DNA of 56,823 nucleotides from Basidiobolus meristosporus CBS 931.73 (lineage: Eukaryota > Fungi > Basidiobolomycota), in the NCBI GenBank assembly GCA_002104905.1, contig MCFE01000573.1, positions 1 through 56,823 on the forward strand, read 5' to 3'. The first letter of the stretch is position 1. The number at the start of each line of letters is the position of its first letter. The position numbers and the translations under genes are program-made. This document shows, piece by piece, positions 12,518-25,403 of this stretch. Below the pieces are notes generated by a model. It searched no databases. It had not been told where the DNA came from and saw only the letters and a list, made by a program, of their open reading frames with translations.

Positions 12518-13598
12518 TTAAAGATATATGCTGGCGATCACCAAGTAGATTCCCATTCCGGTCATATCCTAGATGTATCACAGGATAAGGCTTAGTAACG
12601 ATGTATACTGTGGTGTGAAGTAGACGATTTACCTGGAACGCGGTTTCAAAAGGCCCAGCCATTAAAGCAGGGTCAAATCGAAGTTTGGTGAAAAAGAATG
12701 GTGCCAAAGTTCCCAGGATCCCTGCAAGCATGGTGCTGAAGATCATGCTGACGAAAATGCATTACTGACCCTGCTCAAGCAGTGCATACTCAGATCAAAG
12801 GTTTACCTGACTCCAGTGACCATCCCAAACCGAAAGTTGTCATCCCATAACCCGCCAATAACCCCAATCAGTACGCCGCATAGTAACGCCGTAAAGGTTG
12901 CCGAACACAACTCTTTGAACACAAAGCGAAATACCGTGTTGGGATTGGTGTTGGGAGCATGACCAGTAGCCAAAGCGCGCATCGTAGATGTAGAGGATTG
13001 AAGACCTGGAGGCGTTCCTCAGCTATTAGTGGGGGCGCGCATAGCAAGAGTTGGTTGGCAACTTACCGATATTGGCTATAATAAGCGAGTGTTGTCAAAA
13101 GGAGAGAAATTATCTTAGCAGCGATTGGTGTGCAAAAGGCTCAGTCGACTTACTTGAAACGCTGGAGATTGCGGGTAGGAAGCTTGCAATCAGAGCGTGG
13201 TGCACGATGGTATCTCTGTGAAGATCAATAAACCCAACCACAAACATCTCTAAAAGCAACGTGATCATAATCGCAGGAAGTCTACGTATGGCAATGGTGT
13301 AAAACGCCATGGTTTCTAGACGCGCGGCATCATCACGGTTCGCAAGGTGCTCGATACGATTCATAATTCTCGATGCGACTTCCGCATCACATTGAGGCAG
13401 TATTGAATATAGGAAGGATGTTTCCGTCTGATGTGAAAGGCTCGGACACAGGAAACTGTCGCTGATACTAACCACCTCATCTGCTTCGTAGAGTGCGCTC
13501 TTGTTACCGACAAGAGGGCTCAGGGTCTCGTCAGTACAAGTGGTGGAAATCTTGGGCAGGTCATTGTGTCTATCTGCTCCGAACGTGTTGTAACTCAT
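12518..13598 (-). CDS. mgtE: MgtE-family (SLC41-related) divalent cation transporter, transmembrane domain only, multi-exon
   Basis: RRLPAIMITL, FLPAISSVS-x-NIGLQSSTSTMRALATG, and FDPALMAGPFETAFQ|DMTG, which restores the conserved TM5 Asp after splicing. No CBS domains visible. Confidence 0.85.
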
Positions 13599-15196
13599 GT
13601 TTTAATTCTCTGGAGAGTAAATGGGTCTCGAAGAAGGTTTGCTTAAAGTGGGATCTAATGGTTCGGTCTGTATGAGGCAGGGTAGAGGTGAATGACGCGT
13701 AATGAGGAATGGACAGAAGTGTCCGCTTTAATACACACGACGGATAGGAGGATTAAGGAAAAGATGTTCGTCGGGTGGGAGTGTTCGAGCAATTACCAGG
13801 TGTAGACAAAGTATTATAAGATGTTCTTCCAGCAAGAAGATTTATCCCTCGGGGTATATTTATAACAATACAAAAATATCTAAGATCCGCTTGGTTGTTC
13901 CTTAAACTAACAATGAATTCAATCAAGCATTACTCATTTCTCAATAGCTGACATGGTAAGACAAGCTTGGCAAAATAGTCACTTAACTAGCTAAATTCAG
14001 ATCAATCGTGGCATATTGTTTGACTGCGAATTACGAAGGGATGAAATCTTACCAAATTGCCACGACAGCATCAGTAGATCCACATACTTTTCAGTCAATT
14101 GCTACTGCGCGATGTCATGTATTCTTGCTGTTGATAAATTGGACGAGCCATCTACCACATGACGATAATTGGCATTGGCGCTGGGAAGGTCAGGCCGCCA
14201 CCAGGTCAGTCACTCTAAGCACCACGATTGACCTAACGCCAACCGACTCTAGTGATCTAGCTTGGGATTTCACACTGTAACTCTCCCCTTGCAACAATGG
14301 AGTCGACTTCCGTGGAGTACAATAGTTAAACTGATAAGGAAACTGTAGGCTTCTGTGAAGATCGCACTATGTTTAGGGTTCCACGGGTATCGCGAGCTTT
14401 CCCATTCGAAAGGTCTATTTCAGGGGCGTGTGAAAGCCATATGCAAAATAAGCTTACTCTCCAAGGTATGTTTCAAGAAATTCGGTTGGTTCTCTTATCA
14501 TCTATAGGTCAACACTACAATTTACTGTGTATGGCCCATGGATACAGTAGCTCGTAATGCGTCTATCCATATTCGTCGGCCAAGCCCAAGCGCCAAGGCA
14601 TATCGATTGTGACCCATAATTGACAGCCCCAACCTTAAATACTTGCCTAGCGAGGTTATCTAAGCCAGGATAATCTAGTTTTGCGGCTGTCGCTTGAAAC
14701 TCTATAGACCATTCTCACGTACAGACCGCGGTTGCTGGAGGTTGAGCTCACTCGTGGAGTGCACAAGATTGGCTGGCCATTGACCCTGGATAATCTGATC
14801 CAGTCAGTCGAATACAGCACCTGAAGAGTGTCTAGCAAGGCAATTAACTGATAGATATCTTTAGTCCTGATAAGGTTGACACGCATCTGGTACATTCATC
14901 TAATTTGTAGTGGCCAATAAGCAATGATTTATTGGTTCTGTGGGTTTGAGATGAGGTACAGCTGCACCACGCAGCTTGATTGGGTCGTGCCCAATTGTGT
15001 TGGGAATGGGACACACAAGCATTATCACTGGGATTTAACATCGCTTTGTGTGACTGACAAAGATCGGTATGATAATATCCATTGCACATTGGATAAATTA
15101 GGTCACAATGTATTAATTGCACCAGGTATTTTTTTATTTCCTCCATCAAAAGTCGCATGTTATTTTATCACCCATTCCAATCGTCTACCGACATCC

Positions 15197-15726
15197 ATGT
15201 CTAGGCTTCCTTCCGTACCCCCAGGTTACGTTCGACCGCCTTGGCCTTCCCTCTACTGGCCTTTTGGTTCGGATGTCAACAGCAGGTATCTCTATTACTT
15301 ACACGGTAGGAAAGTCTGTTTTATTCTTTGCATGCGTGTACCAGTCACTGACTTTTTTCGCCGAAGATGTCTGGATTTTCACCACATTCTGGACTCTATT
15401 ATTTGCTGGCATTGTCCATGGTGTCCTAGGGGTCTGGGCATTTCTTGCCATAAGGCGCACCCGGTGGTCCTTCTTAATTCCCCTTGTATTCTTGGTCCTT
15501 GGTTTATTAGCAGCGTTCTGTAGTGGCACCGTAATGGGTAAGGCAGTATCGCTCACCCTTGTTGGAGTATACTTATTAATGATCCTTTTTGGAAGGTTAC
15601 GTACTGGCCATAGTTTATAATGCTGGATCCTTTCGGATGTCCACCTGGGTCCCTTGTCTGTGGGGCATGATCCACACTTTGGTATGCATCATGAACTCAT
15701 ATAGTACTGTTACCTCTATCTTGTAG
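15197..15726 (+). CDS. TMEM170-family small integral membrane protein, 3 exons
   Basis: PPWPSLYWP...YLYY..DVWIFTTFWTL..HG..G.WA, then AIVYNAGSFRMSTWVP.LWG..HTLV.IM.SYS..TSIL*. This matches the fungal Tmemb_170 pattern as I recall it. Confidence 0.7.
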
Positions 15727-16165
15727 CGAGACCTCACCATTTGCCTCTGCATACACCACGGGATAGCTACGTAGCGAAACTATGATTCTTAGATTTATTG
15801 CTCTAACATGTAAATAGCCACTAATTTTTGGGTCAATATCAGTATTTATTACCGAGCATCTACACACTAAATACCCACGTACCATCCTCCCATTATAATC
15901 GTTGATGTTACCAAAGAGCCCATAAAGCCACACCTTCGGTTTAGTTTTGTATATTAAAGCCTGTAGACAAGTAGCGAACTGGTTTATATCACAAGTGTCT
16001 AAATTTTGCACGGCATCAAGTTATATGATTAATTATTTTATTACTACTTAGGCAGATATGCAAAAGTCGTTTACTAGCAATAACACTATACAAATGGTTC
16101 AGCGTTGACGAGATAGATGTATGGTTAGTATCAGACTGAAACTCAAGACAAATCTTCAGTTTATC

Positions 16166-17494
16166 TTAATGGAAGCAGACTCTCCACTTGTCGTTTTCGT
16201 CCCGGCCATCACCACCGCATGTGACTTCTTGGCGATCGTTATCAATCATCTCCGGGTGTGAGTGAAGGTAGCGACCAGTTTCAGCGTGACGGAAAGCAAT
16301 GACATCACTTGCATTCCAAGAGCCATGGCCTCCACCATACTTCTCAACAATCCAATGATCGTTGTTGTCGGTAGCGGTCTCACCACCGTATGCAGTTGCC
16401 TCTTGCTGTGAGCTACGAAGTGCCTTGAGACCATTGTGACTGTGGGCTTGACGCTTAGTCTCGACGTGGCGAAGACGGATGTAAGTACCATACTCGAGGG
16501 GATGTCCGGGGACAAGGACTTCGCCATTAGCAGGAATTACTTGCCAGTACTCTTCGCTACCAGCGTTCCAGCCAGAGCAGTAAAGGAGTGGTTGGCCGGA
16601 TCCACCGTTATTGTTGGTAGGGGCATTATAGCTGGTGGCAAGGAAGCGTCCAGTCATGTTATGTTTCAAAGCAATTTTAGAACCGATCTTGATCTGCTCC
16701 TCACCGTTGTGGTGCTCAAGAAGAGGATAGGCATGAGGAGTAACGCCAAGAGCTCCAGAGGGCTTGTGAGAATTATATGACGAGTTATTGTGATGCTGTT
16801 GTTGTTGTTGTTGTTGCTGATGGTATTGAGGTGGCTGCTGGTATTGGTTGTTCTCTTGCTTATGTTCTTGGTGATATTGGTTGTTCTCTTGCTTATGTTC
16901 TTGGTGATATTGATCATTTTGCTGATAACCTTGGCTGACGGGCTTGGCTTCTCCAGGGTTCAATGGAGTATTGTTGTTGCTGCCATAGTTAGTAGGCTTG
17001 CTTTCATGGAATTGAGCTTGTTCTTGCTGTTCATGCTCCTGGTGTTGATCATACAGATACTTGGCACCAAAAGCAGCAGCACCGGCAGCAAGGACACCAG
17101 CGGCAATACCACCGCCAATTTTCCACTTCTCCTTTCTATCCTCTTCTTGTTGGTATTGACTCATAGGCTTCTGATAACCGCCGGAGGGAGCATTGGAGTA
17201 GTTGCCACCACCTTGAGGAGTATTAGCAAAGGAGGTTTGGCTTCCACCGTAGCCACCACCGGGCTGGTTGTTTCCATGGTTACCGCCAGATTGGTTGTTA
17301 CCATAACCGCTACCTGGCTGGTTACCACCATAGCCACCACCTTGCTGTCCACCGTATCCAGATTGGTTACCGCCGTAGCCGCCGCCAGGTTGGCTTCCGC
17401 CGTGTCCAGATTGGTTATTGTGTTGGTTGTTGTTTCCGTAGCCACTGTTACCGCTAGAGTAACCGCCTTGGGGCATATTTGGTTGGTTGGACAT
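16166..17494 (-). CDS. MIR (beta-trefoil, SDF2-like) domain protein with G/Q/N/Y-rich N-terminal low-complexity region
   Basis: 442-aa single ORF with three MIR-type motifs: GSKIALKHNMTGRFL, GTYIRLRHVETKRQAHSH, DVIAFRHAETGRYLHSH. No signal peptide or HDEL tail. Confidence 0.8.
   Translation of the reverse strand: MSNQPNMPQGGYSSGNSGYGNNNQHNNQSGHGGSQPGGGYGGNQSGYGGQQGGGYGGNQPGSGYGNNQSGGNHGNNQPGGGYGGSQTSFANTPQGGGNYSNAPSGGYQKPMSQYQQEEDRKEKWKIGGGIAAGVLAAGAAAFGAKYLYDQHQEHEQQEQAQFHESKPTNYGSNNNTPLNPGEAKPVSQGYQQNDQYHQEHKQENNQYHQEHKQENNQYQQPPQYHQQQQQQQQHHNNSSYNSHKPSGALGVTPHAYPLLEHHNGEEQIKIGSKIALKHNMTGRFLATSYNAPTNNNGGSGQPLLYCSGWNAGSEEYWQVIPANGEVLVPGHPLEYGTYIRLRHVETKRQAHSHNGLKALRSSQQEATAYGGETATDNNDHWIVEKYGGGHGSWNASDVIAFRHAETGRYLHSHPEMIDNDRQEVTCGGDGRDENDKWRVCFH
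16842..16912. repeat. Coding tandem duplication, 33-bp unit x2 (QYHQEHKQENN), next to a (TTG)n poly-Gln tract
   Basis: TATTGGTTGTTCTCTTGCTTATGTTCTTGGTGA occurs exactly at 16842 and 16875. Confidence 0.9.
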
Positions 17495-19649
17495 GGTGCT
17501 TGGAGATAGAGAAAAATTAGGTATCTAAGCCAGAGAGTCATCTCGGCGTTTATATATGTCCAACTGGCAGAACCCAACCTCATGATGACGTTGCCATTCA
17601 TCAGATTTCACATTGCAGAAACAGGTTTGGTTGAAGCTTACCATTTTTGTAAGCATATGATGATGGCTTAGTCTCGGATAGACAGCATAATCAATTCAAT
17701 TATTGAGATCTTATCAACCGCACTGGATTGCAGACAAGGATAAACACACTGGAAGAACAAGTGGTACATAGATGGGCATTCATCTGGTCTTGGGATCACG
17801 TAGTGGTGGAATTCAGAATGTTTGTGACTGGAGTGCTGAATTGGAAGATGGGCAGAGTTGGGAGATGAGGGTGAGTTGGCGACTGGTGCACTTCGCTCCT
17901 CCAATCAGCTCATTGGAGGACTATATTTAGCAATAGGACTCATTAGGATATCACCGTGTGTCGCTTTGGAGTACGAGAAACCAGACTCGACCTATCACGG
18001 AACTATGACAACTGCAATCCCCAGACTTCCTGATAACAGCGTCTCAAACGTATCAAGAGCCTGAATGCAGTCTTCGATCAGCCTGGTGGGCACAATGAGA
18101 ACAATTGACCATGCTGCAAGCCAATGGCAGTTGAGGAGCCGAGCTGGTGACAGCAGAGTCCGTATTTTGGCCAAGACAACTCGAGGTGCAATTCGTGGTG
18201 CAAATTTAAATTTGGTCCAAATTCGAACAAGGATCATGTCATGCATGTCGTTTTGGTAAGTGCTCACCTGCTGTAGCCAATATGGATTGGAAACGTAGGA
18301 CTCCATCTATATTATATCTATAATTATGAGACCTGATCTTGCCAAGGGATTCGGCTCTTTTTGGAATGCATTCGCGCTCTCCGCCACCCATGAACTGGCC
18401 AAATGCATGCCAAGCCCGCTGGATTTCTCGATAGCTGACCTCGATAGCTGACGGGAAGCATGCGGTTCTCATACATTTGTACTCATGTGAACCACAGCAA
18501 TGTCACGCCTAATTAATTACGGAAAAATTCCCAATCATCTCGGCATTTCTGCCAAATATCGCCAATCCAGAGCCTCCTTGTTTAGACGCTACAGATATCA
18601 AGCCACCTGAACTGCGTGAATAAATCGGAGGCAGTAACAATAGTGCTATCCAACCCAGATCACTTAGACGTTGCTCCATCCCTATTTTCTGCATTTGGCC
18701 TGGACTATCTCTGAGATAAAGCCCCCTCGACAACTCCATGGATATTGCTTTCTTGCTGCACTTGCCAACAACGAATCTACGTGTGTTACAGAGCTACTTG
18801 CGACCTAGGGAAAGCTGTAAGCCCCGTTGACTGTAGCCCACACCATCCTTGAATGCACAAGCCACCCAATGCGGAGGCCATTTCCCTATAAAAGCGATGA
18901 AACAGAATTTATCGCGTCTGCTTTAGTGGAAAAGACGCTTGGTCATATGTGTCGATGCACTTGCTATGCTAAAGCCAGCGACCGTTCGTATGAGAATATA
19001 GAAGCTTCTAGAGAACCAGCCAAGTTGTCCTATCTGAAGCCAGTTAAGTAAGAATGACAGAAACTATAGTTGACACATCGGGCATGATCGGCCATTTATC
19101 AGTGACGCAACCATAGTAATATCTATTGTGTATTTGTATGGACTCATTAGGATTGTATATCTCAGATGCACCAAGTATCCATATAAATAACTATACCCTA
19201 CAACAGTGCATCAACCAGGTTTTGAATGGAATTAATCTCAGTTAACTACTGCAGTCTGTATGTTCAAAAATGGGAACTGAAAGCGAAAGCAGCTCCATCA
19301 ATGAATAGCTTAATAAGCAGGATCGATATCGATAATATCGTTGTACAATGAGTCGATGCTATCGTTCTGAAAGAAATTAGATTTTTGATATATACCAAGC
19401 CTACAGGGCCAGACTTTGGTTGGCACTGAGGTTCACAGGGAAGAATCGTACTAATTTAATAAAAGATAAGGCAACAAAATTTTGGATGGGATCTCCGCCT
19501 GGCTACTTACTAAGCAGTCTCGACAGCTGGCTATTCACAAATGGGTGGAGCAAAAACACACCAGAGCTTGATATTTAGCTCGGCTTCGTATCGAATGGTA
19601 ATCGAATGAGGACGAAAGAAACAGTATACAAGTTGGGGAAGTTCACCTA

Positions 19650-22600
19650 TCACATCTGCCCTTGTAAGATCATATCGATACAGCCGTTGATGAAATCCTT
19701 CTTGGCGGTCATGTCCACTCCAAAATAATGGCTTAGTTCATCACGGACTTGTTTTTTGGTGATGGTCATGAGATCTGCTATTGACAAGATCCCTCTAATC
19801 TCTTCCAAGATTTCGTGATCGCTGGGGAGGCTTGGGGTGGTGGGGTGAGGTGATTGTATCATGCGGCTCTTCCTGCCCATGCTGTTGCTGGCTTGGAAGC
19901 GGTCGTCACTCATGGGCGAGGGCATGGTGCTATTATTGTAGTAACCATGAATGGCATTCATATCTAAAGAAGAGACACTGCGATTCCGCGTCGGAGTTCT
20001 GGACTCGGAGCTTGGTATGGTGTGTTGATAGGTATGTGTACTTGAGGCGCGGTCGAACGACGCTCTGGGACTAGGCTGGATTTTTGGTGTGGCGGTATAG
20101 ACCGAGGAATATCCAAACGACACAGGCGACAGGGATCTTTCACGACGGCTACTAATGGCGGAATGATATCCATCCGTAAGTGTCCCTGGGATAGGAGTCA
20201 TGGCCATGCCCTGGTATGAGGAGGCCACATCGGCATAGGACACCCGGGATATCTGACTTTTGCTACGGTTTTCGTTAGTGTGGATGGAGCTAGTGGAGCC
20301 TTTGGAATCCTTGGAATCTGATGTTTGGGTGGTTTCTTCCCAATGCTCCAACTCGTATTCACTCCACTTCTTCAGGGGGACACTGGCAGGATCGAATTTC
20401 TCCTCAGAGGACAAGTGGGCGATCTTCCCCTTCTCGCCAACAACCACGCGTGTGTTTCCCCACGAGAAGTCATCGAAGTGCCAGAAGGAGTAAACAGGAA
20501 GGAAAAAGCTGAAGATGGGTAGAGAGATCAGATAGACTATCATCCAGCCGATATGCTGCCATTGTCGCTTAATAAGGAAGATGAAAACTTGAAAGCCATA
20601 GATCACAGCCAGAAGTACCAGCGAGGTTAGCGGGATGTTGGACGTGTCGGTGCATACCATGTATATAAGATATGCCAGGTAGATGCATTGAATAGGCATA
20701 ATCAAAGTGGATACAAGGTCCAACAAAACAACAAAACGCATGGAGAAGCAGCAAAAGCCACAAAGCCTCGGAAGATAAACCAGCTCGAACAGATTATGAA
20801 CAGTAGAGTTGATCCAGCGCCGACGTTGGGAAAGAAGGACAGACCATTCATCAGGGGCGTTAGTTTTGCACTTGGCATCCGGGGTGAAGGTCATCTTGTT
20901 ATAGTTGAAATGCTTCAGCATCAATGTCGTTAGATACCGATCCTCACCTAGTGAAAGAAGGTTCTTCTTGTGCAGGGTATCCACCTTGTTTTCAGAGTAG
21001 TCATCGACGATACAATTGGCGATCAAAAGCGGTTGTCCTTTGACTGGAGTTCGGAAACGATACATACAGAAGCATCCAGGCAAGCAGGTTACTGAGCCGA
21101 AGAGCGACTCGAATGCTTTGTTGAGGTGATGGGAAATGAAGTACTCGTACACTTGGATCATCGTGGTTATAGTGTCCTTTGCATTCAATAGCTCCGTCTC
21201 ACCGCAAATCCCCATGATCTTTGTATCATGAAGCATACATGATATCATCCGGTTAAGAGAGTCCGGCATGACTATGGTATCTGCATCCACCATGAGTACA
21301 TATTCATAGAAATAGGGATCAACACCGATGACGTTCTTGATTTGATGATATAGCTCCAGCTCCAGAGGCGACATTTCCTTATTGAAATGCACCTTGTTGA
21401 AGAAGTGCATCAGTATAAGCTGTGAATCACGCTTGCCACGGTTTCCAGGCCTAGAGCGCTCGCTAGGCTTGCCAACTTTAACCACCACGACATACGGAAC
21501 CACATGTCCAGAGCATTCGTACAAGCCTGTGTAAACCTTGGCCATGTTTAGCTGTTGGTTTCCCTCCCCAAGGGCCTTGTAGGCCAGGGGTTTAGGGTCG
21601 ACAGCTGGGTCCATACCCAGTATATCAAGTACGATTCGCGGCGTCGGCTTGTCATTCCCACCACCTACAATCATTCCGTCGGCAATGATGAATAGAAGTT
21701 TGCGCTTATCATCATACTTCAGTACAGCAAGCGAATCGATCGTCCTCTTTAGAGATTCCTCGCCTTCGGTGTAGCAAGGAACCTGGCATATGACGAATTT
21801 GTCGTGGTCCTCAGGCTCGCGACGGGTGCCAAGTTGAAGCGCTGCCAAAAACTTGAAAAACAGTACGGACGCCAGGAATATAGTACATGCAAGTAGGATA
21901 TAGTTCGAGAATTGGCATTGGGGAGAATTACGCGTATCCACCACTCCTATGTAATAGAGATTCTGGAGGCAAACCTTCATCTTCTGCTTGAGCTCGGGAT
22001 TCTCGGCATAGATTCGATTGAAATTGTAGGTCACATCTTCACCTTTGTTGTTGCTGATGAGAGACACAAGATTTGGGTCCAGAAATTCGGTGTCCACTTG
22101 TCGAGTAGGCATGCCTTTGGGGAAGGCTGCATAGCGCTGGTTTTTGACGTAGGTATCTATATTATACACGAAGTTGTCGATAATGGCCAGAGATATGCCC
22201 TGCTTTCTCCCCATATCTCGAACAACCTGCGACGAGTATGCCATCTGACCCTTCAGCTTCTTAAAACGTAGATACCGCAACACGTTCTCTTGGTAGAAAT
22301 TCGTCATCGAGTCACCGTACTTGGCATACCGGTAGTCATGCACGTCGTAGTTTGAGTCAGTGTAGTTCTCGATATTCACTGCGGGATCGATTCCTCCTTC
22401 TTTGTATCCATCGCACAGCATACTCACTTGTACAGGAAACAGCAAGCTACCAACATCACGGCCTGCATACTGCTTGACTAGTGTGTCCACGGTGACCAAA
22501 CCGTGATTGAAGTCCTTGATGGTGAACACCTCTCCGCGAATAGACACCAAAGGGTCTTTCATAGTGCTGTGGCTTGCAAGCTCGGTTGACGAGTACACAT

Positions 22601-25403
22601 ATTGCTTTGGGCAGATAAGTCGGCCGAAAAAGATCAAGAAAAAGAGGACAAAGACGCATAGGACGAAGATGAGTATACAAAGAGCTGTCTTTTCACGCCA
22701 TGCAATTCGTATGTCTGGTCGCTTCATCTTTCCACAAGTAGAGAGGAAAAATGAGGGAATCCAAAACGTCAGTGACCACGTGCAGCAAAGCCACCTCTTT
22801 CTGGGTTTACTACGGGCTGGCTTTTCTTCGAGCTCTTCACTCTTGATTACTTCAGCCTCCTTTTTGATGTTCTCCGAATCATTTGGTGAGGAGGGGTATG
22901 GATCCGACCCAGCTGCTGACTCCGATTCACGTTCGTAGATGTCATCATCGCTGTAGTACGAGTCTCCGGCACTGTAGAAGGACCGGTTGTCCAATAGATT
23001 CGGTAGGCTTGGAAATCCACGTTGGGTAGGCGAGGAGATACGGTTGACTAGGCCGAAGTTCCCGTCCCGAGAGACACTTCTGTCCCTAGCATTAGTTATG
23101 GAAGGGGTGCTGTTTCGAAGCTCATTCCCATTTATGCCGTCGAATTTCAGTAGCAATTTGGCCTCGTTCTCCGATGCACGGATCTTATTTTCCAGATACT
23201 TCCATGCAGAGAAGTTTAGAAAAACCTTGGAGTTTCCTAGGCTCATATCAGCCTCCAGCCATCCTAGGTCCTTGCGCAATCTGTCCATGGACTCGCGAGA
23301 TGGCGGCTCATCTAGTCCGACTTGCTTGCCATAACGGTTGAAAAAGTCCTCGTAGGAAAGGGAGGCGGAGTACTCGATTTTCTTCCGGTCGACTACCTGC
23401 TTGAGCCCATAGCAGCGAATCTGGTTTTTGACATGCTGCAAATCAAAACCAAGCGATGCTGGGTCTGCGCTTGGCTGTATGCAGAGTACAAACCAAGTCG
23501 TAGACTCTTGCAGGGTTTCGACCAGTTCGTTGACCGCTTGCGAGAGTTGCGTAGCAATGCAGTGGATTTTAGCTTTGGCTCTTTTGTCTTCTTCCTTGGC
23601 TTTAGGGCTACGCAGTGAAGGCTTTCTTGTGGGCGCTGTAGATTGCCGCGCGGCCACGGCTGTGGGCTCATTTCTCGGATGGGATTGATCAGGCACAGTT
23701 TTATTCGAGAACAGTCCTGCGATAAACGGGTTCGTAGTGGGCTTCATGTCGGATCCGCCGCAAAAGAGGCTAACGAAGTCTGTTCCAATGCTTCCGGTGT
23801 TCTTTGCCATGAACCCGTCTACTGGGTAGCTGATGTTGCCAACGTAGTGATGAATAATAAAGCAATTGTGCGCCTCTTCTGGGGAGCTACTATAGTTGTC
23901 GTGATTAGCTTGAGCATGATCAAGCACCTCGAGCAGATCCTGATCTGAGCTGTCCACCTTGGATTTGTTAACAAGGTTGTCCATGATTGAGATCAGACCA
24001 GTTTTAGGTTTCATGCACAGATCGACGCAAGGAGAGTTGTCATAATACACAGGCTTTGGAGTGTAAACACCCTCCTTCTGGTACTCATGGTTGCTTCGCT
24101 CGAATACCTGATGATTGAAAAGGTTGTGAAGTCGTTCATTCACGAAGTTCACGCAGAACTGATTGAAGGAGTCCAATGATGAGGTCTGGGAACCCATCAT
24201 ATCAACGAGCCCAATAAAGTTGCTCTCCTCGTTGTAGCATAGCTTGGAATTGATGAACTCGACGATCCAGCTAAAAAGTAGGGAGTAAAGGGACTGGGCC
24301 AGGTCGTCCCTTTGAACCTCGGCTTTGGCAGCATCCAGAAACACTGTGCATACCTCTTTGCCGATCGTCTGTGATTTGTATGTCAGGACGTTTTCGAGGG
24401 CAGCTTCTTCTACACCAAAAAGCTCGGCAACGAGGCTCAGTACCTCTCTACTCTTCACAGATGCTGCATCGATGTTCTTGTTGTGGGGGTCAACAAATAC
24501 AAGGTTACCGAGGTGTAGAATCCCCGCAAGCAAACGGAATATCTGTCCTTGGTACTTCTTGTTGATCCCAAGTGACTTCATACACTCCCGGGTTTGCTCC
24601 AATCGCGCGGCATCTTCATCACTCGCGCCCTGCGAGCTCTCTGGGAGATATGCAAATTGGGACTTGTCCAGGAACTGCAGATGCGCCCTCTCATCTGCCG
24701 AGGCGCCATTGTACAGATAGTGGAATATATGGAAGTTGCGCTCCCCCGGAGAGATCGAGGTCACACGAGATTTTTCGAGCAGGTATTCCAGGAATTTGGC
24801 ACCGAGGATGCGGCCACGCTCATTGAATTGGATCTCGGTGTAGCTACCAAAACGAGATGCGTTGGGATTCTTTTTCGTCTGAGCATTTCCGAACGCCTCC
24901 ATCACTTTGGATGCATTTGTGACGAGCTTCATGGAGTGGGACTCTTTTTTGGAGCATTCTCTGATTTTCGCCAGGGAACGGAGAACGAGGCTTTTGTTGG
25001 TTGATTTTCCACTCCCCGTCTCGCCACTAGAAATTCGATGGGTCAGCTACTATCACATGGATGCTCAATGCCAACTCCACAAATACCTGAACACGATGGA
25101 TTGGTTGCATCCTGTGCGTCTCATCTCCAAGTAGGCATGATTTACTGTTTGGAATATGTGGGGAGCCAGTCTATCCCCATAGTTGGGTGCGATATTTCGC
25201 AGATCCCTGGCATACTCCTCCAGCTCGGCGTCCTCACGCGATGATGGCTCCCTCTGCGGGTTCAAGGAAACCAGGATGTGTGCGGCAATTTTCAAGTATA
25301 CGCTGTCGTGTTGAAAATTCTCCTGTAGAGCATGGGCTATATCCTCCTCGGAAGGGGAAGGAAGCAGCGCCAGGTCATATGGTGCTGTGGTTGACGAACT
25401 CAT
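19650..25403 (-). CDS. Chitin synthase with N-terminal myosin motor domain (class V type): myosin, cytochrome-b5-like, GT2, DEK_C
   Basis: P-loop SGETGSGKS after splicing intron 25027-25086; NPNASRFG; QVPCYTEG, GNRGKRDSQ, LGEDRYLT, QRRRW, WG(N)TR; C-terminal DEK-like DLMTITKKQVRDELSHYFG. Confidence 0.95.

Noticed and set aside
13900-14900. Short ORFs between mgtE and TMEM170
   Set aside because: No recognisable domain or coherent exon chain.
16790-17509. 239-aa hydrophobic plus-strand ORF
   Set aside because: Antisense shadow of the CAA/GGN-rich MIR gene.
17900-19100. Protein-like minus-strand ORFs (e.g. IEVSYREIQRAWHAFGQFMGG)
   Set aside because: Could be exons of an unknown gene, but nothing identifiable.
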